DNA from: Candidatus Gastranaerophilales bacterium
GTDB lineage: Bacteria; Cyanobacteriota; Vampirovibrionia; Gastranaerophilales; Gastranaerophilaceae
Assembly (NCBI GenBank): GCA_045606885.1
Contig: JAZUSV010000240.1
Span: 1-27,847, forward strand
DNA length: 27,847 nucleotides
Reading direction: 5' to 3'
The notes beneath the pieces are model-generated. The model was not told the origin of the DNA. It worked only from the letters and a program-made list of their open reading frames with translations, and did no database searches. Of the stretch, positions 24,415 through 27,847 are shown piece after piece; positions within the stretch are counted from its first letter, which is position 1; each line of letters starts with the position of its first letter. The position numbers and the translations under genes are program-made.

Positions 24415-25437
24415 ATGGCAAATATACGTTTAGAACAAATGACACCAACACAGAAGGTTGCAGCCCTTTTAATTACCCTAGGGCCAAGCGCAGCCTCTGA
24501 AATTATGAAAAATATCGAAGATGACGGTGCTCTTGAACAAATTACAATCGAAATTGCCGGCTTAGCAAAATTACCACAAGATGTCATTGAATCTATCGTT
24601 GATGAATTCCACGCAGTCTTTCAAGCTTCTTCAATGCTTGCAGCAGGCGGTATGGCGTACGCTCGTGAACTATTAGAAAAAGCTTATGGAGCTAACGAAG
24701 CAAATGACATTTTAAACAGATTAGTTACAATTTTAAACTCTAATCCATTCCAATTTTTTAACGAAGCAGACCCTGTGCAATTAGCTACTTCCTTCCAAAA
24801 TGAAAATCCTCAACTGATTGCGCTAATTTTGGCATATTTAAAACCAGAACAATCTGCAAAAGTTTTAAATTGCTTAGCTCCTAACATTCAACATCGTGTT
24901 GCACTAAAAATTGCACAAATGCAAACAACAAATCCTGAAGTTATTTCAGAAGTTGAAAAAATTGTTGAATCGAGATTTTCTAATGTTGTTGCTTCTGACT
25001 TCTCACAAGCAGGCGGCACAAAAACTCTTGCTAATATCTTAAACAGCACAGATAGGGCAACTGAAAAGAATGTAATTGAAATGATGGAAGTTGAAACCCC
25101 TGAATTAGCAGAAGATGTAAGAAGTCTTATGTTCGTATTTGAAGACATTATCCAGCTTGACGATTCTTCTATTCAAAGGGTTTTAAGAGAAGTTGACTCA
25201 AGAGATTTAGCTACATCTTTAAAGGGTGCTAAAGAAGAAGTTAAACAAAAAATTCTTAAAAACATGTCAGAACGTGCACAAAGCGTACTTTTAGAAGATA
25301 TTGAATACATGGGTCCTGTTAGAACCAAGGAAGTTCAAAAAGCGCAATCAAAAATTGTTGGCGTAATCAAAGCGCTTGAAGCAGTTGGCGAAGTTACTAT
25401 CTACCGTGGTGGTCAAGAGGACGAATTAATTGAGTAA
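24415..25437 (+). CDS. fliG: C-ring/rotor protein FliG
   Basis: QKVAALLITLG, GGMAYARELL, MFVFEDI, LKGA, NMSERA, GPVR. Confidence 0.96.
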   Translation: MANIRLEQMTPTQKVAALLITLGPSAASEIMKNIEDDGALEQITIEIAGLAKLPQDVIESIVDEFHAVFQASSMLAAGGMAYARELLEKAYGANEANDILNRLVTILNSNPFQFFNEADPVQLATSFQNENPQLIALILAYLKPEQSAKVLNCLAPNIQHRVALKIAQMQTTNPEVISEVEKIVESRFSNVVASDFSQAGGTKTLANILNSTDRATEKNVIEMMEVETPELAEDVRSLMFVFEDIIQLDDSSIQRVLREVDSRDLATSLKGAKEEVKQKILKNMSERAQSVLLEDIEYMGPVRTKEVQKAQSKIVGVIKALEAVGEVTIYRGGQEDELIE

Positions 25438-26371
25438 GTTAAAATTAAATAAAATTAATTTTGATGAATCAGATTTTCTTGTTGAGGTAACTAAAGAAAA
25501 AACAAAAGAAACAAAAACAGACAAGCCTTCACAAGTTGATATTGAAATGCAAAAAAAAGCTCAAGATTTATATACTGAAGCCAAGCTTATTTTAAATCGT
25601 GCCAAAGATGAAGCCCAACAAATTGTTGACAATGCAAATAAAGAAGCTCTTGAAATAAAAGAAAAAAACGAAGAAGAAATATTAAAAAGAAAAGAAGAAA
25701 TAATAGAGCAAGCAACTCAAAGGGCAGATGAAATAATTGAAAATGCTCAAAAAAAATCTCAAGAAGATACCCAAAACTTGATAAATTCTTCAAAAGAAAA
25801 TATTGAACAAGAAAGAATAGAAACTATTAAAAATGCCTATGAAGAAGGGCACAGGGAAGGACTTGAGCATATTCAAGAAGAACTTGAAGAAAAAATTGCT
25901 GACTTCAATAACTTTTGCAAAAATCAATATGAAGTAAGAGATAAAATTTTAAAATCAGCAAACAAAGATATCTTGGACTTAGTTATAAATATCTCAAGAA
26001 AAATTCTTTTGAAAGAAATCGATTTCGCTGTGCTTGATAAAATAATTAAAAGCACAATTTCTCTTTTAGAGAAAAAAGAAAATATAAGCATAATTTTGTC
26101 TGAAAAATATGCAAAATTATTATATGAACACCAAAAAAAGAGTTTGGCACAAGATATTGAATTTAATTTTGAAGATTTTAAACAATATGACAACTTCAAT
26201 ATTGTCTACAACCCTTCATTTGACGAAGATACGATTATTGTAGAAAACCTAAAAGAAAGATATGACGCATCAGTTAACTCTCAGCTAGACGTTATTATAA
26301 GAAATATTTATGATAATTCTCAAAATGGAAAACTAGATTTAGAACAATACACGCAAGATGAAGCTGAATGA
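25430..26371 (+). CDS. fliH: FliH/SctL-type ATPase stator protein
   Basis: Long coiled coil with AYEEGHREGL (AxxxG(xxxG) repeat); lies between fliG and fliI and overlaps both. Confidence 0.85.
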   Translation: MSKLKLNKINFDESDFLVEVTKEKTKETKTDKPSQVDIEMQKKAQDLYTEAKLILNRAKDEAQQIVDNANKEALEIKEKNEEEILKRKEEIIEQATQRADEIIENAQKKSQEDTQNLINSSKENIEQERIETIKNAYEEGHREGLEHIQEELEEKIADFNNFCKNQYEVRDKILKSANKDILDLVINISRKILLKEIDFAVLDKIIKSTISLLEKKENISIILSEKYAKLLYEHQKKSLAQDIEFNFEDFKQYDNFNIVYNPSFDEDTIIVENLKERYDASVNSQLDVIIRNIYDNSQNGKLDLEQYTQDEAE

Positions 26372-27665
26372 ACTTGAAAAAATCGTTAATAGCTCTAAAC
26401 CAATTTCAAAAATCGGAAGAATTATTGAAATCATTGGGCTTACAATAATTGCTGATGGCCCTGTTTCTTCCATTGGGGATTTGTGTCACATTGTTCAAGA
26501 CGGAATTAAAGACATAATTTATTGTGAAGTTGTAGGTTTTAGAAAAGATTGTGTTTTATTGATGCCCCTAGGTTCGATTGAAGGACTAAGAGCAGGCGCA
26601 AAAGTAATTAACACAGGAACAAGCATGAAAGTTAAGGTTTCTGAAACTTTATTGGGAAGAGTTTTAGATGGGCTTGGAAACCCAATTGACGATAAAGGCG
26701 AAATCATCGCCGACGAATATTACCCAACAAACGCCGCTATTATTAATCCAATGGATAGAAAACCAATTGATGAACCACTTTCTCTTGGACTTAGAGCAAT
26801 AGATGGATTAAACACTATAGGAAAAGGTCAAAGGGTAGGAATTTTTGCAGGCTCAGGCGTTGGAAAATCAACAACTCTTGCAATGATGGCAAAAAATACA
26901 GAAGCTGACATCAACGTAATAGCGCTGATTGGAGAACGTGGAAGAGAAGTTAGAGAATTTATTGAAAACACCATGGGTGTTTCTGGGATGAAGCGCTCAA
27001 TTGTTGTTTGTGCAACATCTGAACAACCTGCCTTAGTTAAAATTAAAGCAAGCTTTGTAGCTTGCGCTATTGCTGAATATTTTAGAGACAAAGGCAAAAA
27101 TGTTCTTTTTATGCTAGATAGCGTAACTCGTATCGCACTAGCACAAAGAGAAGTAGGACTCGCAGTTGGTGAACCGCCAGCAACTCGTGGTTATACTCCT
27201 TCCGTTTTTGCGCTTTTACCTAAATTTTTAGAACGTGCAGGAGCCAGCAAAACAGGAACAATCACAGGTTTATATACTGTTCTTGTTGAAGGGGACGATA
27301 TGAATGAACCCATTGCAGACGCCGCAAGAAGTATTTTAGACGGTCACATTGTTTTATCTCGTGCCCTTGCTCATAAAAATCATTATCCTGCAATTGATAT
27401 TTTGCAAAGCATTTCTCGTGTTATGAATAACGTTGTAGATGATGAGCATAAAGCTGCAGCAAGCAAAATCAGAAATCTAATGGCAAGTTATGCTAAAAAC
27501 GAGGACCTGATTAGCATTGGCGCATACGCAAAAGGAACGGATGCTTCAACAGACAAAGCTATTGCACTAAACGACAAAATCAATGCATATTTAATTCAAT
27601 CCCTTGAAGAAAACTCTGATTTTGAAATTGCCAAAAATGAATTAATCAATTTATCTAAATTATAA
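26358..27665 (+). CDS. fliI: Type III export ATPase FliI/SctN
   Basis: GQRVGIFAGSGVGKST (Walker A), IGERGRE, LFMLDSVTR, GEPPATRGY, ILDGHIVLSR, YPAIDILQSISR. Confidence 0.96.
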   Translation: MKLNELEKIVNSSKPISKIGRIIEIIGLTIIADGPVSSIGDLCHIVQDGIKDIIYCEVVGFRKDCVLLMPLGSIEGLRAGAKVINTGTSMKVKVSETLLGRVLDGLGNPIDDKGEIIADEYYPTNAAIINPMDRKPIDEPLSLGLRAIDGLNTIGKGQRVGIFAGSGVGKSTTLAMMAKNTEADINVIALIGERGREVREFIENTMGVSGMKRSIVVCATSEQPALVKIKASFVACAIAEYFRDKGKNVLFMLDSVTRIALAQREVGLAVGEPPATRGYTPSVFALLPKFLERAGASKTGTITGLYTVLVEGDDMNEPIADAARSILDGHIVLSRALAHKNHYPAIDILQSISRVMNNVVDDEHKAAASKIRNLMASYAKNEDLISIGAYAKGTDASTDKAIALNDKINAYLIQSLEENSDFEIAKNELINLSKL

Positions 27666-27845
27666 TTAAAATTCACTTAAATTTAGCGCATTAAACACAG
27701 CTTTAACGTTTGCCAAAACGATTGATGTATCAATTGCACGAGCAATAATTTTATTATTTTTATTATCCAGCATTGAAATCTCACTCATAGCTTGAGCCGA
27801 TGAGCCTTTTATGTCACCATCTAGCGAATATTGTTTATAATGTGA
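27666..27845 (-). CDS. 3' end of a LeuA/CimA-family synthase (C-terminal allosteric domain); partial
   Basis: Manual translation gives SHYKQYSLDGDIKGSSAQAMSEISMLDNKNNKIIARAIDTSIVLANVKAVFNALNLSEF*, which fits the LeuA regulatory-domain pattern Y..(H)SL..GS.A.A...D.sIv.A.vkA...AlN. Confidence 0.6.
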   Translation of the reverse strand, partial: SHYKQYSLDGDIKGSSAQAMSEISMLDNKNNKIIARAIDTSIVLANVKAVFNALNLSEF

Positions 27846-27847
27846 AA

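Noticed and set aside
1832-27097. About 25 short (61-122 aa) nested or antisense ORFs in the track (e.g. 2744-3004, 4277-4486, 6461-6727, 9490-9693, 23096-23404, 23852-24220, 26828-27097)
   Set aside because: All overlap confidently assigned genes in another frame or strand and have no recognisable motifs or start signals.
27666-27847. Possible fliJ after fliI
   Set aside because: The plus strand has no suitable ORF; the region encodes the end of a minus-strand LeuA-like gene.
1-27847. Prophage, IS, integron, rRNA or tRNA
   Set aside because: No integrase, transposase, terminal repeats or structured RNA genes were seen, and intergenic spaces are too short.

Overview
AT-rich bacterial chromosomal segment with about 28 tightly packed CDSs. 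I found no rRNA, tRNA, CRISPR array or mobile element. The lineage looks like a non-photosynthetic Cyanobacteriota relative (Gastranaerophilales/Melainabacteria-like); this is inference from composition, gene mix and a cyanobacterial-style BioY, not a search result. Contents in order: partial MalK/UgpC-type ABC ATPase, PAS pseudo-histidine kinase, STAS-like protein, yidD, degenerate PurD-like ATP-grasp protein, acidic membrane-anchored protein, birA-oadG-oadA-oadB (Na+-pumping oxaloacetate decarboxylase), FliM/FliN fusion-fliO-fliP-fliQ-fliR, BioY-like protein, rimI, speD, folE2, GNAT-like hypothetical, rlmD, winged-HTH protein, small exported protein, M16 peptidase, radical SAM protein, ferredoxin-nitroreductase, fliF-fliG-fliH-fliI, and the 3' end of a LeuA-family gene. 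The strongest candidate for an undescribed system is the pair of small flagellar export/C-ring cassettes, which carry several injectisome-like traits. These are an SctQ-style FliM-FliN fusion with an internal RBS+ATG, loss of the CheY-binding and GGxG motifs matched by EHPQ->ENPQ in FliG, a signal-less SctR-like FliP with an MFM gasket, and a FliQ with a ~78-aa extension. FliG keeps its torque residues, which argues the other way. Secondary themes are several intact ORFs that have lost catalytic motifs, and recurrent leaderless-type promoters. All motif comparisons are from recalled family consensus and need HMM or alignment confirmation.
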